From: an uncultured Nitrososphaeraceae archaeon
Lineage (GTDB): Archaea; Thermoproteota; Nitrososphaeria; Nitrososphaerales; Nitrososphaeraceae
NCBI GenBank assembly: GCA_963825865.1
Contig: CAWGVG010000036.1
Location: 96,001 to 160,000, forward strand
Direction of reading: 5' to 3'
Length of the DNA: 64,000 nt
Shown one piece after another: positions 45,120-56,700 of the stretch; positions within the stretch are counted from its first letter, which is position 1; every line of letters starts with the position of its first letter. The notes under the pieces are model-generated. The model had not been told where the DNA came from, ran no database searches, and saw only the letters and a list, made by a program, of their open reading frames with translations. The translations under genes and the position numbers were made by a program.

Positions 45120-46490
45120 TTACGTCTTCATTTGGCCAGCGATCGTTCTGAGATCCCAAATCGATTTTTTAGTAGTAGCAAAATTATTACCTTCGCTATT
45201 ATTGTTATGCGCATTTGATGCAATTCCACCTTCAATCAATTGATTTACAACCAGGGCAGCCATAGGTAAGGCTCCAGTAGCCCCTGGTGAGTTATAATTG
45301 AGAAGATGTAATGAACTATCTTTTTTGATAATGAATGTATCAGAGACGAATCTTCCATACTTATCAAGTAGTGAGGATCTAATCCCAGAGGTTCCCCTTT
45401 GAGTAAACAAGGAGGGTTTCAGTTGTGGCAAAAATTCCCTTGCTCTATTTATCATGGCATTTTTGGAAAGCGAACTTTTTAATTCGTTGCTGGCCAGGGA
45501 TAAAAATTGTCTATTTGTTAGAATTTTGCGAATACCAGTTCGCGACGATTCAAAAACCTTGGGTATGAAGTATCTTAGATTGTTGCTCCAACTATATGCA
45601 TAAGGCCCAAATACAGGAACTGCATTTGGGCCTACCTCACATCTTCCATCAATGCGAACTACCCAATGCGGATCTAAGAAAGGGTATTCCGGATATTTTG
45701 GAACAGCGTAAATACTTAATTTTGTCAGATCATTGTATTCTGCTGGAGCCTGCCAATATTCACCCCTAAAGTGGAGATCTGTATATTCATTTGCTACGCC
45801 CATACTATGGGCAATGTCAACTGCATTACCTCCAGCTGCATTAATTACATATTCTGCAGAAATTTCTTCTCCATTGTTTGTATAAAGAAATATGCAATTA
45901 TTTTTGCAGAAGATTTTTCTTACTTTGCTACCGGTAATTATGGTACAACCAAATTGTTTTGCATCTTCAAAAAGTTGCTTAGTAATTGCTCCATATATTA
46001 CAGATCCATCCTTTAGACAGTAAATAGCAGATAAGCATTTTACATTTGGCTCGATCTTTAGGACCTCATCTTTTTCTAAAAATTTTAGTTCACTCTTCTG
46101 CAAGCCATTAGAATAACCCCATTCAATATATTTCTGAAGTACATCTATTCCTTTATCATAGGTTGCAATTTCTAATACCCCGTCCTGTTTAAAAGGTAAT
46201 GATTTTAGGGTGCAATACTCCTTTAACATATCAAAACCGAGAAAGGCTCGCTTTTGCGAAAAGTCTTTTTTTAATCGGATCATATAGAAAAGGAGCATGG
46301 ACTTTGCCTGTGTTTCTAGTGCTTGTATGAAATGCAACATCGTGTTCCTGCTCAATGAGTAAGACTTTAGAGTTAGAAGCAGAGGAGAGAAAGTATGCTA
46401 TCGAAGTGCCTAAAATCCCTCCTCCAATAATCGCGATATTATAAGGATCTTGCAATTTCAAGTTTTGTTTTCTCTCTTCCTCTTCCATCT
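45120..46490 (-). CDS. FAD-dependent oxidoreductase (L-2-hydroxyglutarate oxidase-like), frameshifted
   Basis: IIGGGILG, HTSTRNTGKVHA, FRGEY, PFLDPH, GIR, SPGATGA. Confidence 0.8.
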
Positions 46491-46897
46491 GTAATTGGAA
46501 GAATTTGATACTTTTACTCATCGGAGCAACAACATTTAATGTTTTATTTGGCTCTGGATTTGTTATTAATTGTAGGAATTCCACAAAGCTGAACAAAAGT
46601 TCGTTTTTATTGACTTATCGAGATAAACTACGTTAACTCTTGTTGTTGCTATCGTTGTTGTTGTTGCTGTTGCCTAACACAAAACCTCTCCATTTTTACA
46701 TATTGTCTTGTTAATTGTAAACTTTATTAAAGACTCTATTTTCTTCTTTTTTCAATTAGCTAAAGAATCACCTAATATCAATCATTCATTGCTAGAAATC
46801 GAATCTTGCTTTTTAATCTGTAAACTATGGCATTATATTATGGCGAATAAATTAAATGCAAGGTTGCGTAGAGCTCTAATTAGGTAGCCATAGATCT

Positions 46898-47785
46898 GTG
46901 AGTGCAAAGGATTACATCGAAGTTTCAAAGCCCAGAATAGTTATTGTTCTTGTAATCACAGCTGTTACATCGTTGCTTGCTGGTAGCAGGTTTGACAACA
47001 CACCATCTAATGCATGGGATGTTACTCTGTGGCAATTAGGTTTTCTTGTATTAACAGGCGCTATGGCATCAATGGGTTCTAGTGCTCTTAACCATTATTA
47101 TGATAGGGATATTGATAAAAAGATGGCTAGAACCTCAGAAAGGCCCATTCCTGCCGGGAGATTGTCTGTAAAAAGTGTTCTACTTTATGGAATTAGTCTT
47201 TGCATTCTGTCAGTTGTCATTGCATGGTTTACATTGAATCCTGTAGCTACTGGAATGATTGCTCTTGGTATCTTTTTTTATGTTATAATCTATACAGCAT
47301 GGCTTAAACGTATTAATGCCTCAAATATTGTCATCGGAGGCTTTGCAGGAAGCGCTGCGTCTATGGCGGGGTGGGCAACTGCGACTGGTTCAATAAATTT
47401 ACTTGGATTTTTAATTGGCTGGCTTGTATTTATGTGGACTCCTCCGCATTTCTGGTGTCTTGCAATCAGAGCAAGGGAAGAGTACGCTAGCGTTGGTGTT
47501 CCCATGCTGCCTGTTTTAATTGGAAATCAGAGGACTGCGAGCTACATTTTCGCAAATACTGCAATTTTACTACCGTATTCTATAGCACTTTACTTCTTTG
47601 GATTGGGTATTGTGTATACAATAATTGCAGCGATTTCTGGATCACTCATGTTGGTGTATCATTACAAATTAACAAAAACTCCGACGCCAGAGTTTGCTTG
47701 GAAAGCATACAAAGTTACTGCGCCATACTTGGTCATAATATTTGTTGCAATAGCACTGGATGCATTTTTTTATTACAGAATATAG
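46898..47785 (+). CDS. ctaB: Protoheme IX farnesyltransferase (heme o synthase)
   Basis: KPRI, NHYYDRDIDKKMARTSERPIP, FMWTPPHFW. Confidence 0.93.
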   Translation: MSAKDYIEVSKPRIVIVLVITAVTSLLAGSRFDNTPSNAWDVTLWQLGFLVLTGAMASMGSSALNHYYDRDIDKKMARTSERPIPAGRLSVKSVLLYGISLCILSVVIAWFTLNPVATGMIALGIFFYVIIYTAWLKRINASNIVIGGFAGSAASMAGWATATGSINLLGFLIGWLVFMWTPPHFWCLAIRAREEYASVGVPMLPVLIGNQRTASYIFANTAILLPYSIALYFFGLGIVYTIIAAISGSLMLVYHYKLTKTPTPEFAWKAYKVTAPYLVIIFVAIALDAFFYYRI

Positions 47786-48507
47786 TGTTAGTAGCAGTCC
47801 ATTGAAACAGATTTTTATAGTTATACGCGGTATAATCGAACATATAGTAGAGCTTGCATTATTTGTTTGAGCAAAATGAATGAGCACAACTAAAATAAAA
47901 TTTGTAACTATAGACTTTATGCATCTATGGCAAGGCAAAAATAGTCTTTGTTAAAAATATGCTAATTCCATGAAAATGTAAGCTCGAAAATATAATGCCA
48001 TATATTACTAATTAAATTAATATTGATAATAAGAGTAACGATAAATATGCTTCTGTTGAATCATCAATTATTGCTTTATTGTCATATTGTTAGGATTCAG
48101 TTAGGTTAATAAAGAAACATCGATTTTATCAATTATGTATACATCCCGTCTTCTGCCCTGTTTCTTTTTAAGAAAATACCAGAGAAATTCTTGGGAAAGA
48201 GTCGTCATCAATAAGAATTGTTCCAGCAACCAAATAAATAATATCTGTGGGCTTAAGAAATAATAATTTAATTTGTACTCGCAAAAGAATTCATAAAAAA
48301 AAGGAAGAAATATGTACAAGCTTGAAGTGACAATACCTTTTACTTTATTAGGTACTATAAAGTAATAGTACGGTACCATGAAGGATCAGATGTACTATTA
48401 TAAAAACACTAAGTTATATTTAGATTCAAAAAAAATAAAAAAAAATCATCTACCGATCAAACGATAATTAATAGATTGAAAATTGGTCAAATGATATGTG
48501 CATAAAA

Positions 48508-48876
48508 ATGAAGAAAATCTTGGTGGTGGATGATGAGCCAGATACAAGTTTGTTGTTAAAGATAGTTTTAGAGAGCAATAGTTTCAAAGTAGATTCTTTT
48601 GATAACCCGATTCTGGCATTAAAAAATTTTAGGGGTAATTTGTATGATCTCTTAATTCTTGATATCAGAATGTCACAAATGAATGGTATCAAACTCTATC
48701 AAGAAATTAGAAAGATAGACAATAAAGTTAAGGTATGTTTTTTGACAGCTGGCCAATCGTATTATGGCGCATTTACAAATATATTTCGCGATTTAAAGGA
48801 AGACCGATTTATTCAAAAACCAATTGAAAATGAAAAGTTGATACAAAGAATAAATGAAATAATTAGTTCAAACTAA
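48508..48876 (+). CDS. Stand-alone response-regulator receiver
   Basis: ILVVDDE, LLILDIRM, FLTA, FIQKP. Confidence 0.88.
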   Translation: MKKILVVDDEPDTSLLLKIVLESNSFKVDSFDNPILALKNFRGNLYDLLILDIRMSQMNGIKLYQEIRKIDNKVKVCFLTAGQSYYGAFTNIFRDLKEDRFIQKPIENEKLIQRINEIISSN

Positions 48877-49278
48877 CTATAGATATATACCTATAACTAA
48901 CATCAATGTTTTTAGTTCTTGCTATTTCTAAAATATGTTTTCTATGATGTCGGGGGAACAACATATAACTAACTACTATACATGGCTAATAATTAGTTGT
49001 CTAAAAAATACATAATCTATAGATGAATCCTTTGTATTCAAATATTTATCAAAAGCAAATAATCACGAGAAGTAGATGATTCATTCCTGACTAATACTCC
49101 CTTTGTGTATATTATTCAACTTTCTAAATTTGTCACCGACGTCGAAATATGCAATTTTTGATGTCCATTAAATTATTGCGTGGTTATTGCATAATTAGGA
49201 TTAATATATGACATAGAGCCTGAGTGTATATTATCTATATAATTATTTTTATTATTATTGGTGTTACTATTTTGTTTA

Positions 49279-49503
49279 CTAAGCTGAGCTAGAATCCACT
49301 ACCGCTTCAACTCTTCGTTTATCTTTTGTAATCCATGAGACTCTAATCAAGCCGTAAATTTCTAGGTCTAGCAGAACCTTATTTAAATCGGCTCCGCTTA
49401 AAAAGACATCACCTTTATTCAAGGCATTTATTAGTTCAGAATCTGTCATGTTACCTGCCTGCTTTATCTTCTCGTAAATTAGATTACGTATTGGGTAAGT
49501 CAT
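49279..49503 (-). CDS. Small winged-helix-like hypothetical protein
   Basis: LNKVLLDLEIYGLIRVSW. Confidence 0.65.
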   Translation of the reverse strand: MTYPIRNLIYEKIKQAGNMTDSELINALNKGDVFLSGADLNKVLLDLEIYGLIRVSWITKDKRRVEAVVDSSSA

Positions 49504-49543
49504 CTTTGTTAGTATAGGGTATTACACTACTTAGCCTTATATT

Positions 49544-49574
49544 GTATCTCCTATGAAGTCACTATAGGAGATAC
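49544..49574. repeat. Perfect 11-bp inverted repeat GTATCTCCTAT-N9-ATAGGAGATAC
   Basis: Read directly; TATGAAGTCACTAT inside it recurs at 49610-49623. Confidence 0.8.
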
Positions 49575-49626
49575 CAGAGGGTATTTTCTTAATTACCAGA
49601 AAGTTTCATTATGAAGTCACTATTCA

Positions 49627-49796
49627 GTTATAGTGAATATACTACTATCAATAGATAAAGGATTAATTTCACGTCATTTGATATTCTCGATAATTATACT
49701 AGATAAGTCAGCAATAAATCATATTAGATAAAACAGCATTAACTTCCTCAAGTCAAATATACAGATGAAATCATAACCATTGGTGACGAAATCTAT
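49627..49796 (+). promoter_or_regulatory. Conserved MNNT upstream block (long type)
   Basis: tagataa x3, tttcacgtcatttgatattc, cagcattaacttcctcaagtcaaatata. Confidence 0.8.
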
Positions 49797-50108
49797 ATGA
49801 ACAACACAAAAACTCTAGCAATAGTTGCTGTCTTAACAGCGGCAACATTAGTAGTAGGAGTAACATTTGCAGCAACAGCAACATCAGTAGCATTTGCTTA
49901 TAAGAAAGGACAAGATGGTAGAAAAGACAAGGGGAGAGATAATGGAAATGAAAATGGTAACACAGTTACCATCCAGGCAGAGAAGCAAAAAGCTTCAGTA
50001 AGTGGATTTGATAACAACGCCACACAAGAAGCTTCAAATGTTATCTGCACACACCCAAGCACATCTTGTGTGGTAGAGGGATCTCCATCTTCTGCTCGCT
50101 ACTGGTAG
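49797..50108 (+). CDS. MNNT family copy 10
   Basis: Signal, AFAYKK, NGNTVTIQAEKQ...SGFDN...NVICTHPSTSC. Confidence 0.85.
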   Translation: MNNTKTLAIVAVLTAATLVVGVTFAATATSVAFAYKKGQDGRKDKGRDNGNENGNTVTIQAEKQKASVSGFDNNATQEASNVICTHPSTSCVVEGSPSSARYW

Positions 50109-50154
50109 TACTACTGACGACAGCGGCGACAGCTCCGACGAAAATCCATAATAA

Positions 50155-50190
50155 GGTAGTAACTTTAACTACCGCAACTTTTTTTTCTTT
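50155..50190 (+). terminator. Type-A 3' hairpin plus T-tract (copy 10)
   Basis: GGTAGT-aacttta-ACTACC-GCAAC-T8. Confidence 0.65.
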
Positions 50191-50355
50191 TTCTTTTTCT
50201 TTTTCTTTTTCTATATCTTCTAAGAATTATAATAAATCAAAATAAAAAATTTTTTAAACGACCTTTTTCTTTATCTATCCAAGTTTGAATGGTGTTGTTG
50301 CTAACTAACTATAATGTGTATATAAAAAATAGTTAGTTCCTGCAACTGCTATCAC

Positions 50356-50647
50356 TTAATATGGAACAGGATATATGAATGGAGTCACAGCGCCGAAAAT
50401 GCATGTTGCATGTGTACAAAGTATATTTGTGGCCGTTTGTATACAGTTTGCGCCATCACTACATCTGCTTTTTTGATTAACTTCTTGTCCTGTTTTTGTA
50501 TTACCTGTCGCGTCAGCTTTCAGATCCTTTGTATGCGAATGTGCTTGTGCTACCTGCATAGGGAGAAGAAATGAGACCGATAGGCAGCAAGACAGAAGCT
50601 GGGATTGCAATCATCGCCAAACTCGTATAGTTCTTCTTCTTAAACAT
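50356..50647 (-). CDS. Distant MNNT-like secreted protein, frameshift in the signal region
   Basis: TGNTKTGQEVNQKSRCSDGANCIQTATNILCTHATC aligns with the family core; lacks the upstream block. Confidence 0.6.
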
Positions 50648-51305
50648 ATTCTCTAATATTTGTCATTTCGTGGTATATTTAGAATACTCCACAGTAGGTA
50701 ATAAAAAAATATATAATGAAAGTATTGCTAATATTATAATGTTGAAATAATAAGTTGTTTTTTAGCAACAGTATCAGCTGTTGCTATAAAAGTAGGTTAA
50801 TCAAGCAAAAACAAAAATATTATTAGTTCTTCTTCCTTTGATAAAGAGCGAGCGATTTTTTTATTGGTATTTGAATCTGTTCTCCCAGAGAGTACAGCCA
50901 CCTCTTTCTTCTTGATTAATGATTGAATGTACAAATCCTGTTTTTTTGTATTGCAAAAGATATCCTTTAAAAAAATAATAATAACAATAATATTTTAAAA
51001 ACCACATTTTTGAAACGATAATTTCTGGTAATCTCTATGTAATAGCAATTGTTGGCATTCATTTTTTTGTCAATCAGGGTAATTTTTTGTTAGCTGGTCC
51101 TTCTAACATTTAAAAAACTGTTTGAATTCATTTATAACTATTATCAACTAATAAAATTTTGAAACAATATAAAAAAATTTATACAATTTATATGAATATT
51201 TAAACTTATTTTTTATTTCTATTTTTTTATAACAACGATCTTCTATTTATAAATTGGATAAACTTAATATACCATAAAGAATGTGCTTTGCACAAGCACA
51301 ATATC

Positions 51306-51958
51306 ATGCTGATTATCTTTGATGTAGAGGGAGTTCTTCTTAATGCCGAATACCTTCCGGTTTTAGCCCAAATGATGGGCCCAGAAAAAGAGAAAGAAAT
51401 CTGGGATATTACAAAACAAGGTATTAGAGGGGAGATTGACTGGGAGGAAGGACTAAAGAAACGTGTCAGTGCTCTAAGGGGCATTAGCTTTGTTGATGCC
51501 ACAGAATTGGTGCTAATCTGGAGATTATGCCTGGTGCAAAAGAACTTTGTATGGCTTTGAAAAAGGCTGGCTGGAAAATGATTGCTGTCTCCGGGGGTTT
51601 TACAATAATAACTGATAGATTAAAGGATGAACTTGGTGTTGATAAAATATTTTCAAATCAGTTAGTCTTTAAGGATGGAAAGCTTGACGATATAAACATC
51701 AAAGTCACGTCTGACAAAGCAGCAGCAGTAAGTTCTACAATAAAGGAATGGGGAATAAAAAAAGATGATACTGTGGTTGTCGTGGATGGGGCAAATGATC
51801 TAAAATTGTTTGAGTTAGCAGCATTTACAGTTGGATTTTGTCCTGTAGATATAGTAAAGGAAAAGGCAGATGTAGTTATAGAAATACGGGATTTAACCTT
51901 GTTGCTTAATCTACTTGAAAAGAAATTTGGCAAAGCAGTGCTTGCAAACACCCAGTAA
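51306..51958 (+). CDS. serB: Phosphoserine phosphatase (HAD), frameshift near 51505
   Basis: IFDVEGVL, VSGGF, VDGANDL. Confidence 0.85.
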
Positions 51959-52109
51959 TTATTAATATATATATAAAAAGAGGGTGCGATTTTCTATGTA
52001 TTTTTTTATATACATTTATTTTATATCATCTATCCCATATTGAATGTCAATAATAAAAAAAAAATAATAATAATTGTAACAGCAGTCGCACTAATAAAAA
52101 TAATAACAA

Positions 52110-52866
52110 TATTATTCAGATTATTCCAGTTCATCTGTCTATCGATATAAAACCACAGGATAACTTGGATATGGTAATTCTGGAATCAGTAAAACACGCT
52201 CAGGTAAATCTTTATGACAGAGACATAGTAGTCATTGCGCAAAAAATTGTTTCAAAAGCGGAAGGCCGAATAATAAACCTAGACCATATCAAACCATCAG
52301 CCAAATCTCTAGCAATAGCAAAAGAAAATGACAAAGATGCCAGGATAGTGGAGCTAATTTTAAATGAATCCAAAGAGATATTAAGACTCATTAAGGGAAT
52401 CCTAGTAGTAGAAACAAAACAAGGTTTTATCTGTGCGAATGCAGGAATTGACCAAAGCAATGTTCAAGATAGTCATAATCATGCGTTATTATTACCCGTA
52501 GATGCTGACAGATCTGCAAACAAAATCAGAGATTCGTTGAGGAAGAAAACTGGAAAGGATGTTGCAGTTGTGATAACCGATACTTTTGGAAGGCCATTTA
52601 GAGAAGGACAAACAAACGTTGCCATAGGTATTGCTGGGATAGAACCGATAAAAAGCTATATTGGAACAACCGATATGTATGGAAAAAAACTGAAAGTAAC
52701 TGAAATTGCAATTGCAGATGAAATTGCTTCAGCGGCAGAATTATCAATGGGCAAATCGGATCGTGTTCCAATTGTCATACTAAGAGGTTACAAGTATCAA
52801 AAGGCAGATGAAAAATCTTCAATTTCGAAGATAATTAGGTCGAAAGAAAAAGATCTGTTTAGATAA
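52110..52866 (+). CDS. cofE: Coenzyme F420-0:L-glutamate ligase
   Basis: KIVSKAEGR, ANAGIDQSN, TDTFGRPFREG, ADEIASAA; start approximate. Confidence 0.92.
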
Positions 52867-53032
52867 ATATAATAATAATACTAATAATTTTATAATAATG
52901 ATGTAACTATATTATAATGGTATTGATTAACACAATAAATAATAATTATCACAACAATGATAACAATATATTAATTCAAGAGATCATAAAGATTTAATAT
53001 TACGTTTTTGTAATTTTATTCTGTTTATCAAT

Positions 53033-53288
53033 ATGACTACCAATACTAGTAATAAATCTCCTGATGCTAAAACTATAGACGTTAGAGGCCTATTTTGTCC
53101 TGAACCTGTATTTCGGTACAAAGATCGAAATAGAAAGATTGGCGATAGGAGATATGCTCAAAATAGTAGCCGATGACCCCGAGTCAGAGGAAGATATATC
53201 TAAATGGGTAAATAGAACCGGTCATGAACTTTTATCAATTAATAAGAATCAAAAAGATCTTGAGTTTTTAATAAAGAAGGCAAAATAA
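53033..53288 (+). CDS. TusA/SirA-like sulfur carrier, frameshifted, not in ORF track
   Basis: IDVRGLFCPEPVF, then LKIVADDPESEEDISKW...GHELL in the next frame. Confidence 0.85.
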
Positions 53289-53292
53289 AAAA

Positions 53293-54304
53293 ATGACAAC
53301 AACAACAGTTGCTCGATCTGATATAATTGACCGCATAGGACGAACTCCACTAATAGAATTAGCATCATTTTCTACTAAACACGTCAAACTTTATGCAAAA
53401 TTAGAATGGTTTAATCCATTTGGTTCGGTAAAAGATAGAGCTGCCATACTGGATGATCAAGGATGCTGAAAAAAGGGATCTTTTAAAGAAGGGTAAAAGC
53501 ATCATTATTGAACCAACATCTGGAAATACGGGTATTGCATTAACTGGCATAGCTACCTCATTAGCATACAAAGTCGAAATTGTGATTCCTGAAAAGGTAA
53601 GTGAAGAAACAAAAAGGATTCTAAGACATTTAGGCGCCACCCTTCATGAGACATCGGATGATTTATGTCCAAGGGTAGGTGCTGGAACAGACCAAAGTAT
53701 TGCACTTGCCAAGGCAATTTCAAAGCCAAGACCTGACATCTATTACATGCCAAACCAATATGAAAACGATGCTAATTTTTTTGCACATTATGAAAGTACT
53801 GGTCCAGAAATTTGGAAACAAACCGATGGTAGAATAACGCACTTCCTTACCGGGTGTGGGACAGGAGGAACTATTACCGGTACTGCAACTTTTCTGAAGG
53901 AAAATAACAGGAATATCAAAGTAGTTGCAATCCAAGCTCAGAAAAACCATTTACTTCAAGGGTTAAGAAACTTTGAAGAATCATCAATGCCTGATCTGTT
54001 CAAACGGCGTGAGAACGTTGTTGACAAATGGATGACCGCGACAAACGAAGACTCCTTTAACATGGTAAAGCAATTGATGGCAAAAGAGAGATTGTTAGTG
54101 GGGCCCTCTTCAGGCTCTGTCATGGCATCGATGCTAAAAATAGCCGAAAAGTTAGACAATGGCGTTCTTGTTGGGATATTTGCCGACGATGGTAGGAAAT
54201 TCAAAAGTCTCTACGCACAACAAAATGTTTTTACCAACGAAGAATATGAAAAAGCCTTGAAGAATGCAAAGAATCTTTCGAGTGTGGTATACACCCTTAA
54301 TTAG
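53293..54304 (+). CDS. Cysteine synthase family PLP enzyme, frameshift near 53445
   Basis: IGRTPL, NPFGSVKDR, EPTSGNTG, GCGTGGT, GPSSG. Confidence 0.9.
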
Positions 54305-54552
54305 TTACTCAATTACACAATTAGAATGCTCCCTTGGCCACGGCGTTAATAATAATAATAATAATATGCGCTATTGAATAACATGTAAATTTGTATAAAT
54401 ATAAATATAAAATATCAGTGCAATCTCTTGTCTGGTCTTCTCCAGTAAAGATGAAGATTCTAAAATCACTTAGTAGTTAGGATTATCACGGCAGAGACAA
54501 CAAAAGGAAGATATATATACAAAGTTTAGCAGTTCAAGTTCTCATTAGTTAA

Positions 54553-55536
54553 TTAGTTTCCACGTTTTCTTTCGGTCAACCATTTTTCTACATCAAGAGC
54601 TGCCATACATCCAAAACCAGCCGCGGTAATTGCTTGTCTATATCTATAATCATGCACATCCCCTGCTGCAAAAACTCCTTCGATACTTGTCCTAGTCTGA
54701 TTTTTCAAAAGAATGTAACCTTTATCATCCATTTCTAGCTGACCATTAAAAATAGCAGTGTTGGGCTCATGACCAATTGCAACGAATAGTCCGCCAGCTG
54801 AAATCTTTTGTTCTTTTTCATTGTTTATATCTCTCACTACAATCGTTCCAATTTTATTACTACCTTTAATATCCGATATTACGCTATTCCATAGGAATTG
54901 AATCTTCGGATTCTCAAAAGCCTTTTCTTGAAGAATTTTACTAGCACGCAGTGAATCTCTTCTGTGGACTATTTTTACAGATTTTCCAAACTTAGTAAGG
55001 AATGTTGCCTCTTCAATAGCTGTGTCTCCACCACCGACTACTATTATATCTTCACCTTTAAAGAATGGCCCATCACAGGTTGCACAGTATGATACTCCTC
55101 TGCCAGCAAATTGCTGTTCAGCTTTGATTCCTAATTTGCGAGGTGATGCTCCAGTACATATCAGGACCGATTCAGCTTCGTAATTTTCCGCATGAGTTGT
55201 AATTATAAATGGTCTTTTTTTGAAATCCACTCTGATAACTTCATCATCGACAATAACCGAACCAAACCTCTCTGCCTGTTGCCGCATATTCATCATAAGC
55301 TCTGGTCCAAAAATTCCGTTTGGAAAGCCAGGATAATTGTCTACTTCACTTGTTGTCATCAACTGACCTCCTGGAAGCGTACCTGAAATAACGAGTGTTC
55401 TAAGTTTTGCACGTGAAGTATAAATGCCAGCAGTGTATCCTGCAGGGCCTGATCCGATAATAATTATGTCGTAAAGCTTTGAGTGATGTGAATCCCCAGA
55501 TTCATCGTCTTCTCTTATAGATGGAGTATTAGACAT
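54553..55536 (-). CDS. trxB: Thioredoxin-disulfide reductase
   Basis: GSGPAG, CATCD, GGGDTA, FAAGD. Confidence 0.96.
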   Translation of the reverse strand: MSNTPSIREDDESGDSHHSKLYDIIIIGSGPAGYTAGIYTSRAKLRTLVISGTLPGGQLMTTSEVDNYPGFPNGIFGPELMMNMRQQAERFGSVIVDDEVIRVDFKKRPFIITTHAENYEAESVLICTGASPRKLGIKAEQQFAGRGVSYCATCDGPFFKGEDIIVVGGGDTAIEEATFLTKFGKSVKIVHRRDSLRASKILQEKAFENPKIQFLWNSVISDIKGSNKIGTIVVRDINNEKEQKISAGGLFVAIGHEPNTAIFNGQLEMDDKGYILLKNQTRTSIEGVFAAGDVHDYRYRQAITAAGFGCMAALDVEKWLTERKRGN

Positions 55537-55963
55537 ATAGTAATTACAATGTAAAGAAGGAGACCATTTAATAATTTGTTCGGAAGCGTATCAAACGATT
55601 TTTGAAAAGTAATGATGGTGGAATATCTTTTGATTAGGCCCCTAGATATTATAAGGGTCATTCAGACAGAATTGGTATAATGATCATTTATTGAAAAATT
55701 CGTAAAATTATTGTCAAAGTTATCGTTGTTTCTAGGTATTCAAATGAACATATTTTTTTTCAAAAAGCTCCACGCAAACCATGAAACCACTGCTATATAC
55801 TATAGTGTTGTTTCTTATTTTTTGAAAAGAGGATTATTCTAGTGCTGATGTACTTCTTTTCCTTGTTTTGGCAAAGTTCGGTCTTTGTATGTTTAATTTG
55901 ATGTGATGATGATGATGATGATACTGGTAGCAATTAACAGGCTCAAACCTTTATTCGATAAGG

Positions 55964-56431
55964 CTAGAAGGCTTCAACTAAGAAATCTATTTCAACTGAG
56001 CTATCAAAAGGTAGGCTATTTGCTCCTACTGCTACTCTAGTGTGTTTTCCTTTTTCACCAAAAAGTTGCATTAAAAAATCTGATGCACCATTGATTACTT
56101 TGGGATGGTCAGTAAATGAAGGATCGCAATTGACATAACCTGAAACTTTGACAAATTTTTTTATCTGATCAAGACTATCGAGTGCACCTTTTAATTGAGA
56201 GAGGGCATTTATAACACAAAGTTTTGCTGCCGCCTGGCCATCTTCTAATGAAATATCTCTCCCTATTTTTCCTTTATACTTTACGTGTATCAGATTCGAC
56301 CCTGGTTCCACTGGAATTTGACCAGATACAAAGATAAGATTACCTGCTATAATGACTGGAACATATGAGCCAACAGGTGGTAGTGGATCAGATAATTTTA
56401 TTCCAAGGGATACTAATTTCTCATCTATCAT
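55964..56431 (-). CDS. RidA/YjgF family protein
   Basis: YVP, FVSGQIP, NGASD, HTRVAVG, VEID. Confidence 0.88.
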   Translation of the reverse strand: MIDEKLVSLGIKLSDPLPPVGSYVPVIIAGNLIFVSGQIPVEPGSNLIHVKYKGKIGRDISLEDGQAAAKLCVINALSQLKGALDSLDQIKKFVKVSGYVNCDPSFTDHPKVINGASDFLMQLFGEKGKHTRVAVGANSLPFDSSVEIDFLVEAF

Positions 56432-56700
56432 TAGAGCTATAATGTAAGTTAAAATGCAAGTTAAATATATATATTATATATATATTATTAATTTTTTAAG
56501 AATCGATTTATTCACTTTAATATCAAACAATCTTATGTTTCAATTTAAATATAGCATTCATATGAATAACAAAGTATATATTTATAAGTACTGAGGTTTT
56601 TCTGCTTTTACAATTAGTTTACTTTACTTTAGTAAACAACCCATTCCTGAAAACTCCCAAACAAAAAAGAGTGAAAATAAAAATTAGCCTTTATATGTGA

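Noticed and set aside
13338-50190. MNNT cassettes as integron cassettes, MITEs or DGR targets
   Set aside because: No integrase or reverse transcriptase, no attC-like boxes, no terminal inverted repeats or target duplications seen, and differences are not adenine-specific.
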